The translations under genes and the position numbers were made by a program. A stretch of DNA of 64,000 bases, from positions 124,001 to 188,000 of the forward strand of contig LSRY02000065.1 in NCBI GenBank assembly GCA_001643675.2. The letters run 5' to 3'. Position 1 is the stretch's first letter. Each line of letters opens with the position of its first letter. The stretch is from Monocercomonoides exilis PA203 (lineage: Eukaryota > Protista > Preaxostyla). Below, piece by piece: positions 12,601-21,400 of this stretch. Under the pieces are notes generated by a model, which was not told the DNA's origin, made no database searches, and saw only the letters and a list, made by a program, of their open reading frames with translations.

Positions 12601-12699
12601 GAAGCGGAAGAAGAGGAGGAGGAAGAAGAAATCTCGAGTGAAGGAAAAGATGAGAAAGGAAAAATCAAGAGCAAAAGTTCAGATGAAGCCAAATATTGA
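3637..12699 (+). CDS. Giant type-I membrane protein: signal peptide, repeated beta-helix/Pmp-like ectodomain, single TM, cytoplasmic TKL-like pseudokinase
   Basis: Intronless ORF. Likely start MIPFVYLVCLLSAICG at 3637. Many GGA(L/I/V)/GGGI repeats and CG-x(4-5)-C motifs. TM FWPIIVIVMAIILFIVLIVSIVLAV at ~11317-11391. Kinase C-lobe motifs LRWKAPEL, FSIGMMLWECLTLEVPF, GERP. Confidence 0.85.
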   Translation: MIPFVYLVCLLSAICGKYRNDRLNNEYDSFYVNRMEKSGIFVKKSVVRMFCEMHNSSVELKGILLEKSGNCVMFEIKAGSLLQVEGSVFVRNNEMNGNYVRNGGTFWLINTSLGVGNGQECGMMGSVVKMEGGDLSSLFVRNSEFEDVVFCGGGGGFLRDGSGSFEFVQNCKFVNITKKFSETEEIQTGKERMMKMSSMEDCDVERSMNVLEGGIVSGTEGSGSFFCNNCTFVRNERVDREVRNANRVETTKTQTFTNAEWIECNASCGGALYVHDNSSATLTVENSSFVKCNATSERGGGIFALNIGECTVKHSTFIECYCVASSNNGGAGMGITGMTIQVLVDNCLFKDNWSGNDGGGLIILSSKTNKTKDCVFNCYFQNCSGNKPMDSDGGGFIHWYAVDKIVAHNCLFQGCHSDLRGGAVSILTNGYSGNLLWFCFFHNNTASYGNDINLEDNSTDSQVAFCYSTRTDGNRYYAGGDKSNWLPNEGGRSRFVASRENQTNAKDTFSCGLNESYACSTISHCLSQMIVGFVEEIKVLSGTVMEGKGINVGEKTITVNGASPAGSSIETKFERNGLSLFCVGTGKLSVNDLSVIHNTSYENNRQCKLFEVEGSGLMDVKRMNVSMDSAHSEERSIQNSLVKLDGGELKMQDVRWEQTFSTTSVISLSQESSVTLSLDNCVFSNIVRTTAGSSLMSVSEGSHSITFDGCAIDGCGNEDCEFGGGMMVEVGNIGSLTMNGGVVRNCYASTTQGRGGGIGLKVKDTNAEFQISSGFEGNSAKWGNDIFIDSPNLEATAKSRKITSFTASISTINKIRGFHNGDETIPIPLCVYLIPLPSEIVVSNADAFDHSRCGFAEFPCLTLKHSLEMQEEEKKIVVDGMIAMEDELTFDSLKHTIRGKDGNSGWKVGNEQNGVKESLITVSANTNLSLLIFSVPSGLANHEIFFSSSSQSFSLESCSLTFQNSRSALSFVFLSVTAGEMSVSSFVVSSLVIGNHPLISLEGNNAAGTFTSMIIEDIFSDTQSVLFGIANGASFSIQDSTLSVKTASQAESSSSGSIRMISTYSVKLLKLTNNTMRGFKGDGGNGGAVECMLGRDCSLEIVGGMMSGCESKGGNGGGMWVEMGEGSRFTVGNMTNANKVNEITSNEERGLFQLVSCKATQTADGECGYGGGIYLHLADGTSSFTLKDVSFSACDAKEGKEVFINANDLSSVIDRISIGFGVDMSDLTKLNGFERSTSNETFAIPLVVYLWNNFSAPVFVGGGSLSHDFSKCGFEEFPCSSISKAVSIHFEGKKKDVALLEPFVFEEELGLTSNEWSIASKEDEMKCDVCDQKEGAQSGLIKNTVSVSVTGIVFSLKKSLTFHESVFECHSGKLTLNGCGMEGGTETITTVFVKAVEGVVEVSEFSTKDMKIGDSSIFVVEGNAESVPSMNMTHCDFSEITFGDGCVVECHEGIIEEMSGCTFSSITRMKGSGGCISIANEEDDDDDGRDFKAEIDDCTFEGCAVAGEEGTEIGGGALFCEASSKTNLLISLCSFYCCRAPYEEGSIGYGGGIMLKILKQEEEGKAGFVISSPVFSSGKPNNAKYGKDLFISSASLAKSVKNETLPFVKDRLEMLTEDSLMGYDGGNKECAIPLIYFWREIESSVHIAEEGNNVVVCGFPNLPCQSVDYGMNRIGSSTVEHMMIHGVCDVRSVIGMNGMKLEGTNGESDKIRFVQALEGDGDVVVECKGIVQFKEVGILIPGAFDNGANILIQTDSDAIETSIVSCSIHQSGDAEGELSFVLICAVKGIVEIENTEIAGFSTMHEIMSISADCVTTMNNVTFEDISLSGKSAIAMSESVLSAIGNDNEGEIWNIQFEQCTFVNVKNSASNNPSLLCCDEPNEVRLKMENSTIDNCGSTSSNEGGGVFFLLNEKGRLEMNRTNVTECFCSNIGRGGGLFLKSQSVSLKALPFVLSNITFLQNVASKGRDVFVKCTDLDSQISESQFLINFGEPFVRELAIWGCTSDNYGDEEDLLRRVFVFRSEFIFVSSIVENSSYSKQCGEMKSTCSSLNVGVSHIIPSDYSQLLIWNETELTGSCSAEKVTIKSMEASRNGEIKVNEINLADEGAVRTSESVRFEKVSFVFCGMGNVVCLCLIRQLNGSLILESVSFLSESGSMENSQTLFDFSLIVVEDGLFEAEKCIVGHLIFSKAVFNILRSEKATFEGVGVDGVECKSSLIECGKSEKVSISKLAATNIELEERSLISLENSHSSLVLSLVLSSFTNISRSSDGSCIVCSFHPMSCFEMCNCSFHECTSESPKGSQVAIALAEKILIESCVFEGNLVSGTERNEISDEVCKWNGSVVDLSMSEAVVRDTTICNSSKGGMSVSGGTIIIKDGRFENNNPSIEKYPSARRNIICSDSASLTISSLKGGDGVKDNSSLWILNEGCNFEGIISERSSPFFIPVLENVSVNENGSNIFIKFKGYLFIPCDLSFRLVFKTGDVELVETYPFEEDCFASELEVVGRIPSENISTIAHETEVSVMILFGKQLAATSPQIVKNKTEPNTGNDKAVEGGKEGKTFWPIIVIVMAIILFIVLIVSIVLAVRWRKVKNEAEDLREIVNDNIRKDPKAFEMVTMEMSPEEQWRRAEREAEKKNEERIKKRVYEKTMEHSESSEHLLSESGSTEYILGRDSDKIPEWALEKVDEKEEEETRKITPSPSISSTSTTDSDSTFVRSECLCPTTSSMSNLVDAMACSSPHEKLIVDLRDSLFMLLHGRNEKKEMEIGSLKEREQTAAQVLFWVANGALHSFDEMENPLQSLSNLSPHIVLFSEHMVICIALHSDCSSDSDSSSISSMSIVSSSSNISAMSERFTDSPPPSSAFEDEDNIRKECLRWKAPELMVNKKMDATKETVAFSIGMMLWECLTLEVPFGEYEAEAAGQKIVNGERPISKTMLGNKAEEVIDLLVSQEGSERPSLVWVKRACIQKFPKGAAVLTVSDAIDFGTDEDEAEEEEEEEEISSEGKDEKGKIKSKSSDEAKY

Positions 12700-13006
12700 C
12701 CATTGGATCGAAAGGACAATGAGAGATTGAGAGTAAGTGGAGTATCAACAGAAATATTAGAATGATAAGATTAATTATTTCAAATGGAAAGAAGGAGATG
12801 TTTTCATGTTGGGGTATAGCGGTGGAATGAATGTGATAAATCTATGAAATCAATGGTTTTTGTATGTTTTGTATATTTTATTGTCTTCACACTTCACATG
12901 TCATTTAAATCAAAATAAATAAAACTGTGATATTTTTCCTTTGTTTGCATTCGCTTTTTTTCGGTTTTCAGTTGGTTTTGGCACAATCTAAATAACGTTC
13001 ATCAAA

Positions 13007-13277
13007 CAATATATGGAATTTTATTTTTGAAATCATATTTTTTTCATTCAGATATTTCTGTTCAAAAATTTCCCTTGAATATCTATAAAAGAACACTGAA
13101 AAGAGAAAAGGATTATAAAAGATATCATCGTTTTTAATTCCGATTAAACATTTTGTCAAAGAAATAGTTCTTATATTTTTTGCATTTTAATAAAAAATCT
13201 CTTCCCCGTTACAAACAACTTTTGAAAAATCAAGACTCCGAAAAAAGTTATGATTTCAAAAATAATCACCTATATTG
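13007..13277. mobile_element. MITE-like element, copy 1
   Basis: Imperfect TIRs (TTATTTTTGAAATCATATTTTTTTC / GAAAAAAGTTATGATTTCAAAAATAATCACC); internal similarity to 41921-42173. Confidence 0.65.
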
Positions 13278-13903
13278 AAAGCTGACTACCATCCAACAAT
13301 CAAATAAATAATATAAATTATCTGCTCAATATTGAATTTGATTGAATTTTTAGGTGAATGATAGAATACAATTCAATTTTTAAATGAAATAGTTGAAAGT
13401 TGATAAATAATATTGAATTTTCGAGTGAAAAAACAAAATGGATTTTTCAAATTCAAATTGCTCAAAAACAAAAAGTTTTGTTTTCAAATAAAAATCAAGT
13501 GAGTAATGTATTTCAATCTTTTCTTCTCGTGACATATAGTTGATCCAGATTAAACATTAAGTGTATTCTCTTTCAGTTCTAAAAAAAAATTAATAAAATA
13601 TCTTCAAAAATTTCTGGAAAAAAAAATGAAGACAAAAAATGAAAAGGAAATTAAATCCAAAGTGAAACTTATTTCTCTCTCTTTTTCCCACTTCAAACCT
13701 TCATTTTAAAACTCAAAAAGATCATTATTAATATATTGTCACATAAAAGTAAGAAAAACTGAAATATCATTTGTATCGATCTTATCTTCTCTTGCCATTG
13801 TTTTAATAAAACAAATTATTATTAATGACTGATAAGAAGAATTACTTGTTGAAAAATTTGCTATGGGCTTTCAAAAAGTTTTGTTTTTGTTTGCTGGCAC
13901 ACA

Positions 13904-16900
13904 ATGTCTGCTGTAACAAGGCAGCCTTCAATTATGAATTATTACAAACGATTGAACGAAAAGAAAATGGAAGCACAAAATCCTGCCTCCTCAACAAATC
14001 GAACAAAGCAAGAAAATTCACATCGTGATAATCAGCATTCTTCACAACAGGTTCAAAATAAAAATGCTTCTAACAAATCACAAAATCCAAGTGCAAGTGA
14101 ATTATTACCGGATTCTTTTGTTAGACTTCCCATGGAAGGGCCACGGGCTGAAGAAATAAACAGAAACTTTTGGAAGCAAATGTGTGCAGTCCTACGAAGT
14201 TCATGCGAAACCATACATGAAATTAATGTATGGCTAATTGTATTTCGTTTTATTTATCTTTATGCTGTTTTAGGAGCTCATCTTCATTTTATCACATCAA
14301 AGTTTAATTTTGGAATATCTGCAAGCATGCTCATCTTTTCGATCCTTTAAAGATGTATCTCCGTCAATATATAACTTTATACCTGATAACTTACCAAATA
14401 TAACAGATGGACTGAGATCGTTTCTTTCGGATTACTGCTCAATGATTGAAGCTGATGCAATTGTTGATCGGGTTCTTCAAGCTATGAAAGATTATGCAGC
14501 AGTACTTCCTCTTTCTCTATCAGGAAAAGCCGTAAGTTTTATCCCGTATCAAAGGCAGTTGTTTCAGAAGAAAGAAATTGTTTCTTTAACAACAAAAAGT
14601 GACAGCACTCAGTATGAACTTCCTTCTCAGTCGTGCTTACTAGACAATACAAGTGTTACTTATTCATGCTTGCCAGTACTGAAACAGCACCCAACGCATA
14701 GGCCAGCTGTTGCCGTGCCCGGGCGGTCTTCTCCGTCGTTTGCGTCTTGCTCGCTTTCCTTCCAGCGGAGGATATGCCCATGCCTCCTGGCGCACCTGTT
14801 CTTCTCCTCATTCCCCTACCGCAGCGGAGACAAAGGGCGCCTGCCGTCCTTCACTTACTCGGCGCTGCTGAGCGGCCGTGTGAAGAAAGCACGGGAGGTG
14901 TATTCGCAGCTGGAGCAGGCAGAGATCCTCAGCGAGTCAGACAAAAACAGCATCGAAAGCATCGAGCTGCAGCTGGCCGAGGCGAAAGAGCGGTTAAAGG
15001 CGCTGTCGTTTGCAGAGAAACTCGAAGGCGGAGGCCAAAAGCTGCACAGTTCATGTTCTGGAGGCAAATCTGCAGAAGTGGATGAGCTGAAAGAGAGATG
15101 TTTGAAAGAGATAGAAATTCTTCAGAGCGAATTAGCTCGTAAATTGCATCGGCATTCGAAAGTTAAAAAAAATACTGAAAATTCTTTATCTTATAATTCA
15201 TCATTATCATCATCTTCCTCTTCCTCTTCTTCCTCTTCCTCCTCTTCCTCTTCCTCTTCCTCTTCTTCCACTTCATCAACCATTTCAAATAACACTTCAA
15301 CTGCTAAAGATACCAAAGATCCTCAAAATAGCACTTTTTCATCATCAAACACAGCAAAACAAGAGAAAAGCATCAATTCCCAACAAAACACGTGCAATTC
15401 TCCAAATCCGAAGGTTATCTCGTTTGATGTGGAGCTATCGGAAGAAGCGAAGCAGCTCTGTGCAATCATCGATGAGGCACAAGAAGGGCTGCCAGACAGA
15501 GCAAGGCATCTTCAGTATGTTGATGAAGAGGAAGGAGAAGAAGGAGAAGGAGAAGGAAATAAAGATGCCGATGAAGAAGTAAAGAATTTTCTGCTTAAAA
15601 AGAAGAAGTTTATTATTAGCAAAGACGATAACACACTCGCCGATGACACTGAAGATGAAGAAGACGATGGCAGCAGTGCTGATGAAGCAATGAATGATCC
15701 AGAATATGCAGAGTATCAGAAGCGCTGGGAAGAGATGCAGATTGAGCTCACACAAAAGGAAGAAGAACTGCCTGGGATTGAGTCCGTATTCCATTCTGAC
15801 ACTTCTTCCTCTTCTTCCTCTTCTCCTTCTGAAGAGGCAGGAGGCATCCTCACACCGCTGTCGAGCCGTGTTCTGTCAGGCAGCCACACAGAATCCTCTT
15901 TGAAGGAGACGCATTCTTTGAATAGAGTGCTCTCTTCGCCTACAAGAACACCCACAGCTGCTCACTCTGCACTCACAAGGACAGGAACACTGCGCACTTC
16001 TGACAGAAGAACAGCTTCTTCGTTTGCTTCTCTCTCGTTCGGCATCTCTCCGCTTCATCGCTCTCTTGCTTTGGCTGCGTCTTCTTCTCCATCTTCTTCT
16101 TCTTCTTCTTCTTCTTCTTCTTCCTCCTCCTCTTCCTCTCACAAAGCATGCTCCGAAGCCCAGGCAGCGAAGCTTCGCTGCTTCTTCCACTATTTTGTGA
16201 GGACGATGAAGGAGCAGCCTCCAGAAACGCCTCTTCCTCCTCATTCGTTGAAAGGGCGCATTCGAATCACCCGGCGTGCGCTGCTGACTAGCCCTAACTG
16301 GACACAGTCGCATGTTCCATTGAGCAATCTGACGATTGATTGGAATGGGCTGATAGAAGACTCGTTTGTGCTTTTCTTATTTTATTTTATTATATTTAAA
16401 TATACTTATTAACTTATTTTCCATTATTTCTCTCTTTTTTAAAAATATTTATTTTTCTTTTAATTTCTGTTTAATTGAATATGAATTCTGTTTTCATCTG
16501 TCATGCTGTGTATTCAGTCCACCTGAATATTACAAAGTAGATTTTGCTAATCGCACACCAGGTGGTGGGGTGTTGGGTCATGTGTGCTATTTCAATACAT
16601 GATTTGAAATTCATATTCAATCTATTTTTTCGTATTTTCCCGCCTTTCTTTCTTTGTCTCCTTCTTCTTTGCTTCATCGATATTTCTTCATTTTCCCCCA
16701 CTCTCTTCTATTTTCTCTTCTTTTTCCTTCTTCTTTTTCCTCCACTTTTCCAGGGCTGTGTGCAAGAAGAGATCCTGTTCACCATCATTCCTGAGCTTCT
16801 GCTTTCTCGGCTGCTCTGCGAAGACTTGAACCACAACGAGGCTGTTCTTGTGGAAGGCGCAGAGCGGATGTGCAAATACAGTGGATACTCAACAACATTC

Positions 16901-18169
16901 AAGTACGCTGGAGACTACAAGGCTGATACGACGCTGTTTGATATTTCTATTTTATTTTATTATTAAAAAATGCTTCAATGTTTTTTTTTTATATATATTC
17001 ATTTATTGCAACTGTGGTTATGCTTAACTTCAACTGTGTTAAAATGCATATAATTTTGAATAACATTATTCTTCTTCAACACATCATATTGTTTCTGTTT
17101 AAAGTGACGAAGAAGGGCTTATTCAGTCTCGATATATCATTTTGGATGCTTTGTTCTTCTCTTTCTCTTCAAAATGGAGTTCTGAGGAATCCATCTGGAA
17201 TCAGTGGTGTCGCTCTTCAATAAACAGAGAACTTAACAAAGTATTAGCTTATTCTTCTGTTCTGGTTCATCAAGCAAAATTAATTAATTAAAAATAAAAT
17301 CACTATATTTTATATTTATTTGTCTATTTATTTATTTATAAAAATTGAAACTAATTTCCCATTTAAAATATCCCCAGGCATTCACAGGCTTTTCCTTTGT
17401 TCCTCGCAATGGGAAAGTGGCAACAGGCCATTGGGGCTGCGGGGCATTCAATGGCGATCCGCTTCTGAAGTTTCTGCTTCAGTGGCTGGCAGCCAGCGAG
17501 TGTGGGCTGAAGGAGATGAGCTACTCGGCAATGGAGATGGACAGCTGGCTGGAGGAAGTGCTGGGCCTTGTTCGAGTGATGATGCCAAATGGGACAGTGA
17601 AGATGAAGATGAGAATTGACCCTGAGGAAGAGGAAGAAGATGAGGAAGAAGGAAAGATCGGAGAGAAGAAAGACAGCAGCCCAGAAATAAAAGTGGAGGT
17701 TGTGGAGACAGGCAAGATTCCGAGGCATTCTGAATCGTCTCTTGAAAGAGGCGACACGCAGCTGGACAGTTCACTCGTGGATGACTTCGATGAAGGCACT
17801 TTCTCTTCGACAACGAGAGCAATCACAAGGAAGGAAGAGGAAGGAAGAGGAGAAGATGAAGAAGAGTTGTATGCGCCAGACTCACTTTCTGAGGCAGATG
17901 AAGACGCAGATTTGGCGTTTGCCTTGCAGCTGAATGAAGAAGAACAGGCAAAACAACATTTTCATGCAATTAAAGATTCGAAGGAGGAAAACTTTAAAAA
18001 AACAAAACAGAAGAAAGAAGAAGATTTCTTCAAAGTTGTGTCTCCTCCAACTGTTGGTGACTTGTACCGTTTGATTATTCAGTACATAACTCTTACAAAT
18101 ATCGCTCCATCTGGCGAGAAGCTGGTTCATTTTCTAAAACGCTTTTTTACAGAAAGCTGTGATGAATGA
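13904..18169 (+). CDS. PARG: Poly(ADP-ribose) glycohydrolase, 6 exons (approx. 13904-14227, 14275-16363, 16518-16581, 16754-16935, 17105-17240, 17378-18169)
   Basis: Spliced signature VDFANRTPGGGVLGH/GCVQEEILF (GGG-x-QEE), plus CLLAHLFFSSFP, KLRCFFHYF, RELNK/AF, ATGHWGCGAFNGD, LQWLAAS, VGDLY. Confidence 0.93.
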
Positions 18170-18469
18170 GTTTTTGATTTTTTGTTAGAGATATTTACAA
18201 TCTTTGTTTTATAATCGGTAATGAAGTTTTTCTGTTATTTTTTTATTCTGTTTTTTTTAGTGTAAAAAAATTAAATAAAAAAAAATTTTTTTTTCATAGA
18301 ATAACATTCGTTTTGCTTAAAATAATACTGATGCTATTCTAAGAGTGCAAACTCCAAAACAAAACGTGTAATGAACAAACATGAAAGAAAATTAAAAAAG
18401 GAATTGCCACAATCAGTAAATGAAATTTTGGTTGGAAAAACAACAAAAAATTAAAAAGATAGAAAATGT

Positions 18470-21400
18470 TTAATGTTGAGTAAATTCAGCTGAATCAACA
18501 GCAATATCCGGTTGTGCAAATGACGTGATGATTGAGTCGAGGACAATTAAGGAGTCTTCTTGCAGCTGAGGATCCATTGGCAATGTTTTTATCATGTCAA
18601 ACACTTTCTTGATTATTGCCAGGCGTTCTGCGAACATTCCATTGACAAAGCGATGCTTCTGAGGGAACAGTCCAAGCGAAAGCACACAATTCCCAAGCAG
18701 CGCAATGGAATCGCCAGATGCCTCAGATTTGACTGCAGAATGAGAGTCGCTGGCCTCTTTTGATGCCTGTTGCAATGTGTCAAGCAAATAGACAAGCAAA
18801 CTTTGGACGCTTGAAATTAGCCGAAGAGTGATGCTGTTGTTTTCTGAAAATGCAACTTTCTCCTCCCATTCTGCCTCAGACGGGAACGGAAGTCTAAAAA
18901 CGTGATACAAAAGAACTGGGTTCTTTGTGACGCTGTTGAACACAAACGGAACAAAGGCTCTTGACGGTGGACGGTAGACCGTTAAGGGATCAATATTTGA
19001 CTTCTGCAAACAGGACATGTAATAACTATTGATAGTCTGGTACATTTCCACAATTGCACTTTCAATTGGAGTGAGAGATTCAGAATATCTCCTGCAATAT
19101 TCGGCTTTAGAATCTCCCTTTTCTTTCTCTTTCTTCTCTTTCTCTTTCTTCTCTTTAACTTTGTCCTTCTCTTTTTCTTTCTTCTCTTTCTCCTTTCTTT
19201 TCTCTTTGTCTCCTTTCTCTTCATCTTCAACATTTCCAACACTTAAAGTATTTGATTGCATGAGATTGGACTGTTTATTCAATAAAGTTTTAAAATCAAG
19301 ATAAGAAACAACTGGAAGCTGTTGTTCAGCTTTCAGCACTTTGTTGGCTTTGTCAGACTCAGTCATAAAATATAGAACCACCTCTAGAGTAATCAGAATT
19401 CTTTTAACAACAGCAAATGAAGGTATATGCTGAATATTAATCTTTAACATATCCGGATCATCCAAGTAAGTGCAGTCAAGCCATGCTAGATGCTTGAATT
19501 GTGAACTTCGCTCTTTAATCATCCCCACAACCTTCTCAGCCATCTGAAGAACAAAATCAACCAAATACCCACACAACTCAGTTGCCAGGAGCTCTTTCTC
19601 CTCGTCGCTCGCTTTGTCATTCGCAAGAATAATCATAGACTGGTCGACGTCTGTGTAGCACAAAGATTCTTCTCGATTTTTGTTCAAAGTTGGTGGAAGA
19701 AATACTGGAATGTTTCCTGATAAAGAGTCATTGTATTTAAATGCTAAATCGAGTTCGGTAGTTAAGCAATTGAACATGATGAACAAATAAGGAGGATCAT
19801 TTACAAAGCGTGGATTGGCATCAGGCACAACTGGAAGAAGGCAACGCAGAAGCCTCAGCGATTTGATGCGCAAAGCTGTTTTCGTGCGACAAGAGGTGTG
19901 AAGAAGCAGCGACCAGATGAAGTTTCGCAGAGTGCAGTTGAGTGGAATGACTGTGTGATTTTCATCGATCATAACATTCGTCAGATGGTGCAATGCAGGA
20001 ACATCCAACTGTGGTGTATTTGTTTGTTCACAACAAATAATCGATGATACAGAAGAAGGAGAAGAAGACGATGATGATGATTGAGAGCACAGCAACTTTG
20101 AATCGTGATAGCTATCGAGTTGCTGACTGATCATAAGATGCGACCTTAACCTATCTTCACTTTTGCAAATTAGAAACTTCGAAAAGAAATGAATGAAACA
20201 GTCAACAATGTCAAAATACAGAAACTGTTTTGATGTGCGAGGAGGCGGATTTGGAGAAAACGAGAAGCAATGCTGCCCAAACTGATGAGAAATGGCATAT
20301 TGCATTTTTTGAATTACTTTTTCACCGTTCATTTTCGACAGTATAGTCAGATATGAGTTGGGAAGTTGACTGTTTGTTGGTCTGGTGAAGAAATAGTTCA
20401 TGCAGGTTTCAATGTGTGGTGTAAGCATAATACGCAAGTTGGGGTTCCTCTTCAGCCCAACCCGCATTTCACTCGGGATTTCTGAATCCTTTTTGAAGAT
20501 TGACAGTGAAAGAGGAATAAATCCATGCTGATCGTCCCACATTGTCTTTGATGTGGACGGATTGGCAAGACATAGCTGGTGCTCGATGGGGAAGAAGCAG
20601 TCACCTAGAAATCGAATGAAAAGTGAAGAGTTTCCTTCAGCAACTTCGCCACTCTCATGGAAAAGCGCATTAAAAACGCAATACGAATAAATTGGATATC
20701 GAAGAACAAGAAAGTTGACGAATGCAAAAATGAATGCTTCCCTCAGATCGTCGTGGTACACGGCATTGTACACAATCAGACGCACCCAAGTTGGCATGTC
20801 CACTTTCTCAAGAAATATCCCCATGAATGTGTTGTCCAAAATGCTGAATAGCAAAAAGAATTGAATCAGCCCAGATGTTGTAAGAGATCTTATTGATGTT
20901 ATTCTCGAACGTCCCTTCGAGTGAAGTGCATCCAAATATTGAACCAAGAAATTCATAGACGCTAATCCCCTGTTGGCTTTCCCCTTCTTTTTAACTTCTT
21001 TTGACTTTCCTTCAGAAGATAGATGCTTGTCCACCTGAAGGATAGTGTCCTTCACTTCCACTGCATATTTGTATGATACAAACGAGAAATAAAGAAGTAG
21101 ATGGATAATTTTCGACATGTTCTCTGCAAGTGTAACATCGGCCTCTTCTATTTCCATTGATTTGAACATGAATTTCACAAGAGCAGTGAAAAAGGACTCA
21201 TCGAATGGAAGTGTTGATACGTTCAATTCTTTGCTTTCAGGTGGTGCCTTTGAATGATGAACACAGGAGATCATCCATATCAGCACACAGCAATAGCAAT
21301 CGATATTCGTCGCTGCCATTTCTATTTCTGAGTTATCCTCGCGATTCATGCTTTCTACTTGAAGCATAAGATGTTTGAATAGCAATCCTGCAACGGTGCT

